Shown: positions 47,201 through 54,268 of the stretch, one piece after another | Layout of the letters: each line of letters begins with the position of its first letter | Numbering within the stretch: the stretch's first letter is position 1 | From: Sedimentisphaerales bacterium | Lineage (GTDB): Bacteria; Planctomycetota; Phycisphaerae; Sedimentisphaerales; Anaerobacaceae | Assembly: GCA_040772485.1 (NCBI GenBank) | Contig: JAXGYC010000010.1 | Span: 128,001 to 192,000 of the forward strand | Direction of reading: 5' to 3' | DNA length: 64,000 nt | Program-made: the position numbers and the translations under genes | Notes under the pieces: generated by a model | Seen by the model: only the letters and a program-made list of their open reading frames with translations | The model's database searches: none | Told to the model about the DNA's origin: nothing

Positions 47201-49390
47201 GAGGCAGTCGAAGCCCAGCTTCAGGGAATCGCGCGGATAGTAGAAGAGCAATTCGGCCCTCCTGCTGAGCCTGAGCCTTACCAGCTCTCCGAGACCGAGC
47301 GCTTCGCCGAGCGAATGAAGCATCTGGGCTTGGCCCTTCGTCTCTACACGGAGAATCACGATGGACGGTATCCCGACGATCTGCTGCCACTGGACCCGTA
47401 TCTGAGCCTGGAAGATTCACGCTGGATCGAGACGAGCGTTATCTACCTTGGCAAAGGCAAGACCGGAAACGATGTGCCTGAGAGCCCGATTGCCTACGAC
47501 GAAATGCTGCTGAAGCAGACGGGCCAGACCCACGTCTTGTTTGCGGACGGTCAAATCCGCGTCACTCCAGAGGGTTCTTCTATGATCTGGCTCGACCACC
47601 GCAAGGCGCGAGCCTTGGAGGCATCTGCATCCAGGCAACCCACGCCGGTTCGCGTGCTGAGCGAAACGGCTGACGGTCGCGCGTCCTCGCCGGATGAGAA
47701 GCCCAGGGTTATGCTGGATATCGAGCTGGTCAAGTTCCTGACGGACCGGCCGCTGAGCCCTGAGGCAGCGACACAGTTGTCGGGCCTGTGGGACCAGATG
47801 TACGCAAAGCGAGAGGCCAGACGAGAGCAGAGAGGTTCACTTCCGCGTGTGGACGAGTTGCAGATTTCGCCTCAGGCACTGCTCGAACGCTGCACCGAGA
47901 ATGCGCAAGGGGACTCGGAGGCACTGGAGATCCTGGTCGATCTGCTGGCATCGCGCGAATACCTCAAAGTCGCCATGAACCCCACGGTGGAGGTCTTCGA
48001 TGGCCAGCAGGCCCAAGTCATGAGCAAACAGCACCTGCCGAATCCGACCGCGCACCCCGGAGCGCCCGAGACGGTCGAATGCCGCGATCTTGTGACGGTC
48101 ACGCCTCGCATCGATGGCGCCGGTCATATCACCTTGGACCTTGCGGCGGAGATCTGCGACGTAATACTGGACGACAGCAAGACGCCACGCGTCAGCAAGT
48201 ACGGTATCGACACCAAGGCCGTCGTGGACAAAAACAAGACGTTCGTCTGTCGCCTGGAGTCCGCTGCCGAAGGACAGACGCAAGACAACGGGGTTCTCTA
48301 CCTCCTGGCCCGCCCACGCGTTGTTCGATCCGCGCCGTCCGCCTCCGTTGCGATCCCGACTGCGGAATCCGAGCCCTCAGGGCTGAGTACGGTGACCGCA
48401 ACGTTCGAGGGCACGGACTTGCTTCAGGTACTCAAAACGGTGGCCGAAATGGCGGGGGCCAATATCATGTACGATGCGAATCTCTCCGGCGAAGTCTATG
48501 CCACGCTTGACGATGTGCCTATTGAGACGGCCCTGCAAATCATCCTCGCCGGGTCGCCTTATGTCTTCCGGAAAACAAACTACGGCTACGAGGTGAAGAT
48601 GCGAAACGCGCCGAATGTCGAGACCTCCAGCCGCGAGACGGACGTCGTCGAGGTGGCGGCGCGGTTCGTGCTGGTGGATCGGGGGTGCATGGAGGCGCTG
48701 CGGCGTGGCTTGCCGATTCAGGGCGTCACCGCGCCCGCGGATGTCAATGCGCTGCACGAGATCGGCAGTGGCCTTGCCGAGGGCCGAACGCCCCTGCTGA
48801 AGCCGGACCGGGTCGAGCTACTGCTCAGAGCGGTCGGCCAGTACGCCGGAAGCAAGATGCTGGCCGCGCCGAAGGTGTTCGTGCTGGATGGTCACTCCGC
48901 CAGTGTGAGCCTCGCCAACCACATCCAGTACACCAGCGGGTACCGCGAGCCCAATGACGCCTCCCCCGAACCCATCGCACAACACGCCTCCAAAGAAGTC
49001 GGCGTCCGACTCGACGCGACGCCGCACCTCATCGAAGACCAGAACAACATCCGTCTTCAGTTCGAGATGGAGATCAACTCGCTGCTCGGGATGCAGAAGG
49101 CTCTGTACAGGGGCAAGTACGAGTACGACGTTCCCACGTTCACGGCCGTCACCACGGCCACCGAGATCGTCGTAGCCGATGGACAGACAGCCCTGATCCA
49201 CGTAGGGGAAGCGCCAGCGGTCGGCAACATCCTCCGCAACGAAAGCGAGCCGGCCGGCCCACTGCTGATGCTGATCAAACCCAGCAGGACAACGGCGGAG
49301 CCTCCCGACCCCGCGCCTCCGATGCAACCGGGACGCCGCCCGGGCGATCCCGGCATGGGCGCCCTGCCGCCCGGCGCGAATCCACGGTAG
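44297..49390 (+). CDS. Giant M56 (BlaR1-like) metallopeptidase with LptC-like, secretin-like and pilin-like modules
   Basis: LGWTLIHFIWQ, HELAHVRRCD, ERENCCDD; C-terminal APKVFVLDG..EVGVRLDATP..DGQT secretin-like motifs; 1697 aa. Confidence 0.88.
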   Translation: MATLETLLSQQMIERLGWTLIHFIWQAATVALLLAVVLRGLRRSSSNVRYVVACLAMALIVALPLVTMSLVEVSRPVAEAGPILNPPLVMRTTPVEVVELPLEPFDAPVAEMHERVTRMPWMQRIATALEPALPWLVLGWLLGVFGLSAWHLGGWAQLQRMKRRLVSEVAAPLHARAAALAGRLGIRRAIGLWASPLIDVPAVVGWIKPVILLPVGAVTGLSVEQLEAILAHELAHVRRCDYLVNLAQTVVEILGFYHPAVWWVSHRIRDERENCCDDLAVQVCGDSRRYARALTSLEELRHVARASRPRVQKEGPRARCPRHTAVAASGGSLVGRIARLLGRPPIDNRRFAWLPGLIALLVVAAILIPTALLIAAPTVPQPLNTEADSAEAARDDNVTPTRFVHWDVEGQIDREFGFERLIREEGDHWIVAIPHSTQSVGKMRCHIRADRGELRLDGVLNQPTPDVGTFRGNVVIEITSSEPNSIDACTLYLDEVTFSAQNKRFTSSGPVRLICGATELVGRGLELSFDEPQDRSDPNRRTIIDGVGAQIAPSGSLIVSLGDPETESSEESASTQPTPVRVLTKTADSRALSLEEKPRVMLDIEPSADAADRQVLLSFTIAEIVTEEALDRATARQLRALLTDASHDAKFNLPSVEELQKPVQYIVSKYANICNQIDDAARAFTDLLVSRGYATVCASPEMLIRLGASGHLSCGNIPVMGPPAPPSQTNNPALSLDVTPTAPHDANGIRLTLALRARNLASLDSEGRLSTTAAYASFNFALSARNNQCIMLPLTTAASPESDDLDAKTATTLLLVKPTLIEPPAKPTPALSASEQATADTAREFVQTDPMVRELARKIAEIEIELLEAQQTFLPEHPEIVQKKQLLEALNALLEKRRKGLEQEFDAGRTSATAPDDPERQRAHAEKALAIMRGQVAWVNERIDKVSSAWYPDEAERSRELADLKRFKEAVEAQLQGIARIVEEQFGPPAEPEPYQLSETERFAERMKHLGLALRLYTENHDGRYPDDLLPLDPYLSLEDSRWIETSVIYLGKGKTGNDVPESPIAYDEMLLKQTGQTHVLFADGQIRVTPEGSSMIWLDHRKARALEASASRQPTPVRVLSETADGRASSPDEKPRVMLDIELVKFLTDRPLSPEAATQLSGLWDQMYAKREARREQRGSLPRVDELQISPQALLERCTENAQGDSEALEILVDLLASREYLKVAMNPTVEVFDGQQAQVMSKQHLPNPTAHPGAPETVECRDLVTVTPRIDGAGHITLDLAAEICDVILDDSKTPRVSKYGIDTKAVVDKNKTFVCRLESAAEGQTQDNGVLYLLARPRVVRSAPSASVAIPTAESEPSGLSTVTATFEGTDLLQVLKTVAEMAGANIMYDANLSGEVYATLDDVPIETALQIILAGSPYVFRKTNYGYEVKMRNAPNVETSSRETDVVEVAARFVLVDRGCMEALRRGLPIQGVTAPADVNALHEIGSGLAEGRTPLLKPDRVELLLRAVGQYAGSKMLAAPKVFVLDGHSASVSLANHIQYTSGYREPNDASPEPIAQHASKEVGVRLDATPHLIEDQNNIRLQFEMEINSLLGMQKALYRGKYEYDVPTFTAVTTATEIVVADGQTALIHVGEAPAVGNILRNESEPAGPLLMLIKPSRTTAEPPDPAPPMQPGRRPGDPGMGALPPGANPR
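45202..45266. repeat. Inverted REP-like doublet inside the M56 coding sequence
   Basis: CGTGGCGAGGGCGTCCCGCCCTCG ... CAAGGGCAAGATGCCCTCGCCACA; each arm is a hairpin and the arms are mutually inverted. Confidence 0.7.
46003..47726 (+). repeat. Internal direct repeat of ~110 bp (46003-46112 and 47617-47726) in the giant M56 gene
   Basis: STQPTPVRVLTKTADSRALSLEEKPRVMLDIE vs SRQPTPVRVLSETADGRASSPDEKPRVMLDIE; offset 1614 nt, in frame. Confidence 0.85.
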
Positions 49391-49413
49391 GGGCGAGGCA
49401 TGCCTCGCCCTAC
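49387..49413. repeat. GTAG-family REP palindrome between convergent genes
   Basis: GTAGGGGCGAGGCATGCCTCGCCCTAC. Confidence 0.8.
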
Positions 49414-50438
49414 GCGAGCATGGTTTCGGTGAGTTCCTTGCGGTGGCGGCGGAGCCACTTGGTCTTGCGAACGATCATGCGCAGGAAGTCGAGTCCGCTG
49501 TGGTCGCCGAAGAAGCCGGTGGCCGCTACGGGCAGAACCGCCTCGGCGATCATCGCCTCGATCATCAGGTCGACAAGTCCGTACAGCTTGCGCTTGCTCA
49601 GCGGGATGACTTCGCGATAGCCCGCCAGGAACTGCAAGAGACGCTCCTGGTCGAAGGCGTCGGGCCACTGGGCCGGATCGGGCGAAGCGCCGAGGATCGA
49701 GAACTGGAGCATGCCGTTGGCCAGGTCGGTCACGGGCGGAGCGATGCGGATCGAATCGAAATCCACCACGCCCACCACCTTGCGGTCGGAAAACAGCAGG
49801 TTGCCCGGGTGCCAGTCGCCGTGGATGATCTGTCGCTTCCAGGAGGCATAACCCACGCGGTCGACGCGATTGCTGGAGCGGTCGTACCGAATCACCAGCG
49901 ATTCGGTCACCGCGGCGGCGCGTTGGAGCGATCCGGTGCGCTTGTCCGTCCGGATCATTTGAAGATGCTGACGCACGGTCGCCGAGTCGTGAAAGCTGCC
50001 CTGGAACGGCTCGTAGTCGTGAGCGAAGTCGCGCAGGCACACGTGCAGATGGGCCAGTTGCCGACCGGCGTCCGTCGTCGCTTCGGCCGAGCCGTCACAG
50101 CGCGAGCCGGTGACAAAGGCAAACAGCTCATAAATGTGATTGTCCACGTTCAGAACAGTCTTGTGCTCGTCGCTCGTGGCCACCAGCGACGTGACGGGAA
50201 AGCCCCGCGCCGCCAGATGCCTCTGCACGGCGTGAGCGAACGCCACGCGCTTCATGTCGTCCCGCCCTCGCGGACGCCGCTTGAGCAGGAACGTCCCTTT
50301 GTCGGCATGCACGATTACTTTGGGGGCTCGCCGGTTGCCGGCCGGAAGGGAGCGAACGCGGTGAACCACGCCGACGTCGTAATGGCTCAGGACGCGGACC
50401 AGTTCCTCCGACGCGAAATTGGCTCCTCCTCTGGGCAT
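49410..50438 (-). CDS. APH / type II homoserine kinase-like phosphotransferase
   Basis: FLLKRR, IIHGDWHPGN (Brenner motif), VVDFD. Confidence 0.85.
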   Translation of the reverse strand: MPRGGANFASEELVRVLSHYDVGVVHRVRSLPAGNRRAPKVIVHADKGTFLLKRRPRGRDDMKRVAFAHAVQRHLAARGFPVTSLVATSDEHKTVLNVDNHIYELFAFVTGSRCDGSAEATTDAGRQLAHLHVCLRDFAHDYEPFQGSFHDSATVRQHLQMIRTDKRTGSLQRAAAVTESLVIRYDRSSNRVDRVGYASWKRQIIHGDWHPGNLLFSDRKVVGVVDFDSIRIAPPVTDLANGMLQFSILGASPDPAQWPDAFDQERLLQFLAGYREVIPLSKRKLYGLVDLMIEAMIAEAVLPVAATGFFGDHSGLDFLRMIVRKTKWLRRHRKELTETMLA

Positions 50439-50489
50439 TGACGCTTTTCTCGATGCAGATGGGCGAGGCCGGCCGGTGCCGCCAGGACG

Positions 50490-51713
50490 TCAGAACGCGA
50501 GCATCAGGACAATGATCAGAACGGAAATCGCGGAGACCGCCCCCAGAACGAGCACGGCCAGCCGGTAGCGATTGATCCTCTCCTCCACGTGCTCCTCATT
50601 TTCGGTTTCGACGGTTTCCCCTTCTTCGAGCTTCTCGAGCACGGAGACGTCGAAGCGTTTGTGCGCCTGGAGCGGCGCGTGGCCCTCGCGCAAGGCCTCC
50701 AGATCGATCAGCAGCTCTTCGACGTTGTTGTATCGGTCCTCGCGCCGCTTGGCCATCATGATCTCGATGACCTCCGAGATTCCGGCCGAGAGCGTCGTGT
50801 TGATATGGTCCGGCGGGATCAGCTTCTCGCGCAGATGCTTCTTCATGATCTCGGCCGAGTCGTCCCCGGTGAACGGCACGCGTCCGGTAACCATGTGATA
50901 GAGGGTCGCACCGAGACCGTAGATGTCGGCCCGGCCGTCGATGTCGATCTTGCCGCGGATCTGCTCCGGGGCGATGTAATAGGGCGTTCCGTAGGCCTTG
51001 CCCGCTTCGCTCTGGGCGGCCTCGATGTCGGTGGTCTCCCGCGCCAGACCCATGTCGGCCAGCTTCACCACGCCCTGCTTGTTGATCATGATATTCTTGG
51101 GCTTGACGTCGCGGTGCACCAGACCGTGGGAGTGAGCGTGGACCAGGGCGTGGGCCACCTGGATAATGATCTCGATGGCTTCCTTTTCGCCGAACGGCGT
51201 GCCGTTGGTCAGGTCATCGGCGATGGTCTTGCCCTCGACGTACTCCATGACGAAGTAGTGGTAGCCGCCCGCTTCGCCGACGTCGATGGCCTGGACGATG
51301 TTGGGATGGTTGAGCTTGCCGGCAGCCTGTCCTTCTTTGTAGAACCGCTGCACGTATTCCGGGTTCTCGGTGAAACGCCGGGGCAGCACCTTGATCGCCA
51401 CCGTGCGATTGAGGCTGAGCTGCTTGGCCTTATAGACGAACGCCATGGCGCCGGCGCCGATCTTGCCGAGGATCTTGTAGCCGGGAATCTGGTGGACGGC
51501 GACCTTGTTTTCTTTGATGCTCAGCTTGAGGCGCTCGGCCTGGGTCGCAGTGATATAGCCCAATTCGATCAGCAGTTCCTGGAGCATGACCGGGTTGATC
51601 TTGCGGCGTTCCTGGAGTTCCTGGATCGAGTGGCGAAGCTCCTGGTCCGTACAGAGCCCCTGGTCCACCGCCATCTTGCCAAACACCGTGTCGTAGCTCG
51701 TTTCGCTCGTCAT
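50490..51713 (-). CDS. Hanks-type Ser/Thr protein kinase with C-terminal TM helix
   Basis: IGAGAM, VAIKVL, HRDVKPKN, LADMGL, GTPYYIAPEQ. Confidence 0.95.
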   Translation of the reverse strand: MTSETSYDTVFGKMAVDQGLCTDQELRHSIQELQERRKINPVMLQELLIELGYITATQAERLKLSIKENKVAVHQIPGYKILGKIGAGAMAFVYKAKQLSLNRTVAIKVLPRRFTENPEYVQRFYKEGQAAGKLNHPNIVQAIDVGEAGGYHYFVMEYVEGKTIADDLTNGTPFGEKEAIEIIIQVAHALVHAHSHGLVHRDVKPKNIMINKQGVVKLADMGLARETTDIEAAQSEAGKAYGTPYYIAPEQIRGKIDIDGRADIYGLGATLYHMVTGRVPFTGDDSAEIMKKHLREKLIPPDHINTTLSAGISEVIEIMMAKRREDRYNNVEELLIDLEALREGHAPLQAHKRFDVSVLEKLEEGETVETENEEHVEERINRYRLAVLVLGAVSAISVLIIVLMLAF

Positions 51714-51812
51714 TGGGAATCCCCCAGGTAGCCCAGGGGCCGTATCCATACGCCAGGAAGCCTCGTTATCGGCTCCAATGATCGCATCCGATAAACGCCA
51801 CCGCCGGCGATC

Positions 51813-51840
51813 ATTATCGACCTGCCGTCGCTTGTGTCAA
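51813..51840 (-). promoter_or_regulatory. Putative sigma70 promoter of the kinase operon
   Basis: Minus strand TTGACA-16bp-GATAAT. Confidence 0.6.
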
Positions 51841-51969
51841 AAAAAAACTCGCCTTTTTGGCACAGGCCCGACGACATCGAGGGGACCATCGACGTTTTCG
51901 AGGCAAGGGTTTAACCCTTTTCGCGGCACGGCCGGGAAAATCGCCGCTTATCGCGCTTGCGTTTTAGGG

Positions 51970-51997
51970 TTGACCTGACGGTCAAGAGCGGTAAACT
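51970..51997 (+). promoter_or_regulatory. Promoter with palindromic operator upstream of etfB
   Basis: TTGACC-16bp-TAAACT; inverted repeat TTGACC-TGAC-GGTCAA (51970-85) on the -35. Confidence 0.6.
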
Positions 51998-52051
51998 TGG
52001 GCCTCGACAAAAACTGACATCAGGCAAGGAAGGACCAATAGGAGTTTCTAC

Positions 52052-52963
52052 GTGGCATACAACTGTGTGGTGCTGGCCAAGCAGGTGCCTGATACGCATC
52101 GGATCACCGGCAAGGTCATGAACGACGACGGCACGGTGAACCGTTCGGCTTTGCCGGCCATCTTCAATCCTGAGGATCTCAACGCGCTGGAGCTGGCCTT
52201 GGGCATCAAGGACCGCTTCGGCGGGCGCGTCACGGTTGTGACGATGGGCCTGCCCGGCGCGACGCGCATCCTGCGCGAGTCGCTCTACCGTGGCGCCGAC
52301 GAAGCGATCCTGGTCACCGATATCCGCTGCGCCGCCAGCGACACGCTGGCGACCAGCTACATTCTGAGCTGCGCGGTCAAAAAGCTGGACTACGACATCG
52401 TTCTGTGCGGCCGGCAGGCCATCGACGGCGACACCGCGCAGGTGGGCCCGCAGTTGGCGGAGAAGCTCGGAATCACCCAGATTACCTATGTTGAAGCTCT
52501 CGAAGATCTCCAGGATAGCACGATCCAGGTCCGGCGGAACATCGGCAACGGCTGGCAATCTGTCCGTACCCGCCTGCCGGTTCTTCTGACCGTCACCGGC
52601 GAGGCGAACGCCCCGCGAGTGGCGGCCGCCAGGCACCTGATGAAGTACAAAAAGGCCCGCACGTCCGGCGAGGTGACCGAAGAGATCAAGGCGATGAATC
52701 CGGATGCCGTCGAGGCGGAGATCAAAGAGCTGTGCGAGACCCGCTGCGAGGCACTGAGGGCCAGGGGGCTGCTCATCGAGCAATGGAACCTGGACCGGCT
52801 CGAGGCGGACCTGACCTGGTGCGGCCGGAGCGGATCGCCCACCAAGGTCCATCGCATTCAGAGCGTGGTCCTGGCCGCCAAGGAGAGCAAAGAAGTCCCG
52901 CCGACCGACGATGGGCTGGCCGCGATGATCCACGAGCTGATCGACGACAAGATCATCGCATAG
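52052..52963 (+). CDS. etfB: Electron transfer flavoprotein beta subunit
   Basis: KQVPDT, NPEDLNALE, SDTLATS, GRQAIDGDTAQVGP, GSPTKV; GTG start with AGGAG SD. Confidence 0.95.
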   Translation: MAYNCVVLAKQVPDTHRITGKVMNDDGTVNRSALPAIFNPEDLNALELALGIKDRFGGRVTVVTMGLPGATRILRESLYRGADEAILVTDIRCAASDTLATSYILSCAVKKLDYDIVLCGRQAIDGDTAQVGPQLAEKLGITQITYVEALEDLQDSTIQVRRNIGNGWQSVRTRLPVLLTVTGEANAPRVAAARHLMKYKKARTSGEVTEEIKAMNPDAVEAEIKELCETRCEALRARGLLIEQWNLDRLEADLTWCGRSGSPTKVHRIQSVVLAAKESKEVPPTDDGLAAMIHELIDDKIIA

Positions 52964-53087
52964 GACGGGCTGTCGCCCACGCGGGCGATGTGCCAACGGA
53001 GTGACTTTTTCCGCGGAGTCTCGTCGACGCCGCACCCGATGTAACGTTCCTGGAACCGCAAGGTTCATTTGCAGATTCGGATAATCC

Positions 53088-54125
53088 ATGATCGATGTGA
53101 ACAGACAAGGTGAAGTGTGGGTGTTCGCCGAGCAGCATGACGGCCGGCTGGAAGAGACCTCGATCGAGCTGATGAGCAAGGCCCGGCATCTGGCCGAGAC
53201 GCTGAAGGTCAGGTTGGGCACGCTCCTGCTCGGCGACGGCGTTCGCGATCTGTCCACCCGGCTCATCCACTACGGCGCCGACAAGGTCTACCTGGCGGAG
53301 CATCCGCTGTTGAAGGCGTATCAGACCAACAGCTACGCCAAGGCCATCCTGGAGCTGATCCACAAGCACAAGCCCCAAGTCGTGCTGTACGGCGCGACGG
53401 TGGCAGGCCGCGACCTCGCTCCGCGAATCGCCAGCGCCGCCAAGGCGGGCCTGACCGCTGACTGCACCGACCTGCAAATCGGCACACACAAGACGGCCAA
53501 GGACGGCGAGGTCCACGAGAACCTGCTGTTCCAGATTCGTCCGGCGTTCGGAGGCAACATCGTCGCGACGATCATCAACTACGACCGCTGGCCGCAGATG
53601 GCGACGGTTCGCGAGGGCGTGATGCCCATGCCCGAGCCCAATCCCAACCATCACGGCGTGATCGTCACCGAGAATGTCAGTCTGACGCAGGACGATCTGC
53701 CGCTGGAGATCCTCCAGGAGCACAAGCGGCCGAAGAAGGTCGATCTGAAGGCGGCTCGCATCATCGTTGCCGGCGGCGCCGGCGTGGGAAGCAAGGAGAA
53801 CTTCAAGTTGATCTGGGACCTGGCCAACTGTCTGGGAGCGGCCCCGGCGGCGACCCGGCCGGCGGTCGATCTGGGCTTCATCGATCACGACCACCAGGTC
53901 GGCCAGACCGGCACGACCGTGCGGCCGAGCCTTTACATCGCCGTCGGAATCAGCGGCGCGATCCAGCACCAGGCGGGCATGGCCCAGAGTCAGAAGATCG
54001 TCGCCATCAACAACGATCCGGAGGCCCCCATCTTCAGCATCGCCCACTACAAGATCGTGGGGGATTTGAACGAGGTCGTGCCGAAGATGATCCGGGCCAT
54101 CAAGGAAAAAGGAATCAAGGACTGA
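53088..54125 (+). CDS. etfA: Electron transfer flavoprotein alpha subunit
   Basis: GLTADCT, RPAFGG, QVGQTG, GISGAIQHQAGM. Confidence 0.95.
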   Translation: MIDVNRQGEVWVFAEQHDGRLEETSIELMSKARHLAETLKVRLGTLLLGDGVRDLSTRLIHYGADKVYLAEHPLLKAYQTNSYAKAILELIHKHKPQVVLYGATVAGRDLAPRIASAAKAGLTADCTDLQIGTHKTAKDGEVHENLLFQIRPAFGGNIVATIINYDRWPQMATVREGVMPMPEPNPNHHGVIVTENVSLTQDDLPLEILQEHKRPKKVDLKAARIIVAGGAGVGSKENFKLIWDLANCLGAAPAATRPAVDLGFIDHDHQVGQTGTTVRPSLYIAVGISGAIQHQAGMAQSQKIVAINNDPEAPIFSIAHYKIVGDLNEVVPKMIRAIKEKGIKD

Positions 54126-54127
54126 AG

Positions 54128-54219
54128 AAAGATCAAAACGCGAACAGCAAAGATCAAAATGTCGGAATGCCCGCGCCGCGGGCATGACTTCCTTCGTTTT
54201 GCCTTTTGATTTTTGATCT
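54128..54219. repeat. Intergenic AT-rich inverted-repeat element with heptamer periodicity
   Basis: AAAGATCAAAA x2, central ATGCCCGC-GCC-GCGGGCAT hairpin, TTTTGCC TTTTGAT TTTTGATCT. Confidence 0.6.
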
Positions 54220-54268
54220 CTAATTCTGCCACCGTGGGCGAACGCCCCCTGAGCACAGGACAAAAGAC

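Noticed and set aside
51857..51875. Sigma54 promoter (TGGCAC)
   Set aside because: No TTGC at the -12 position
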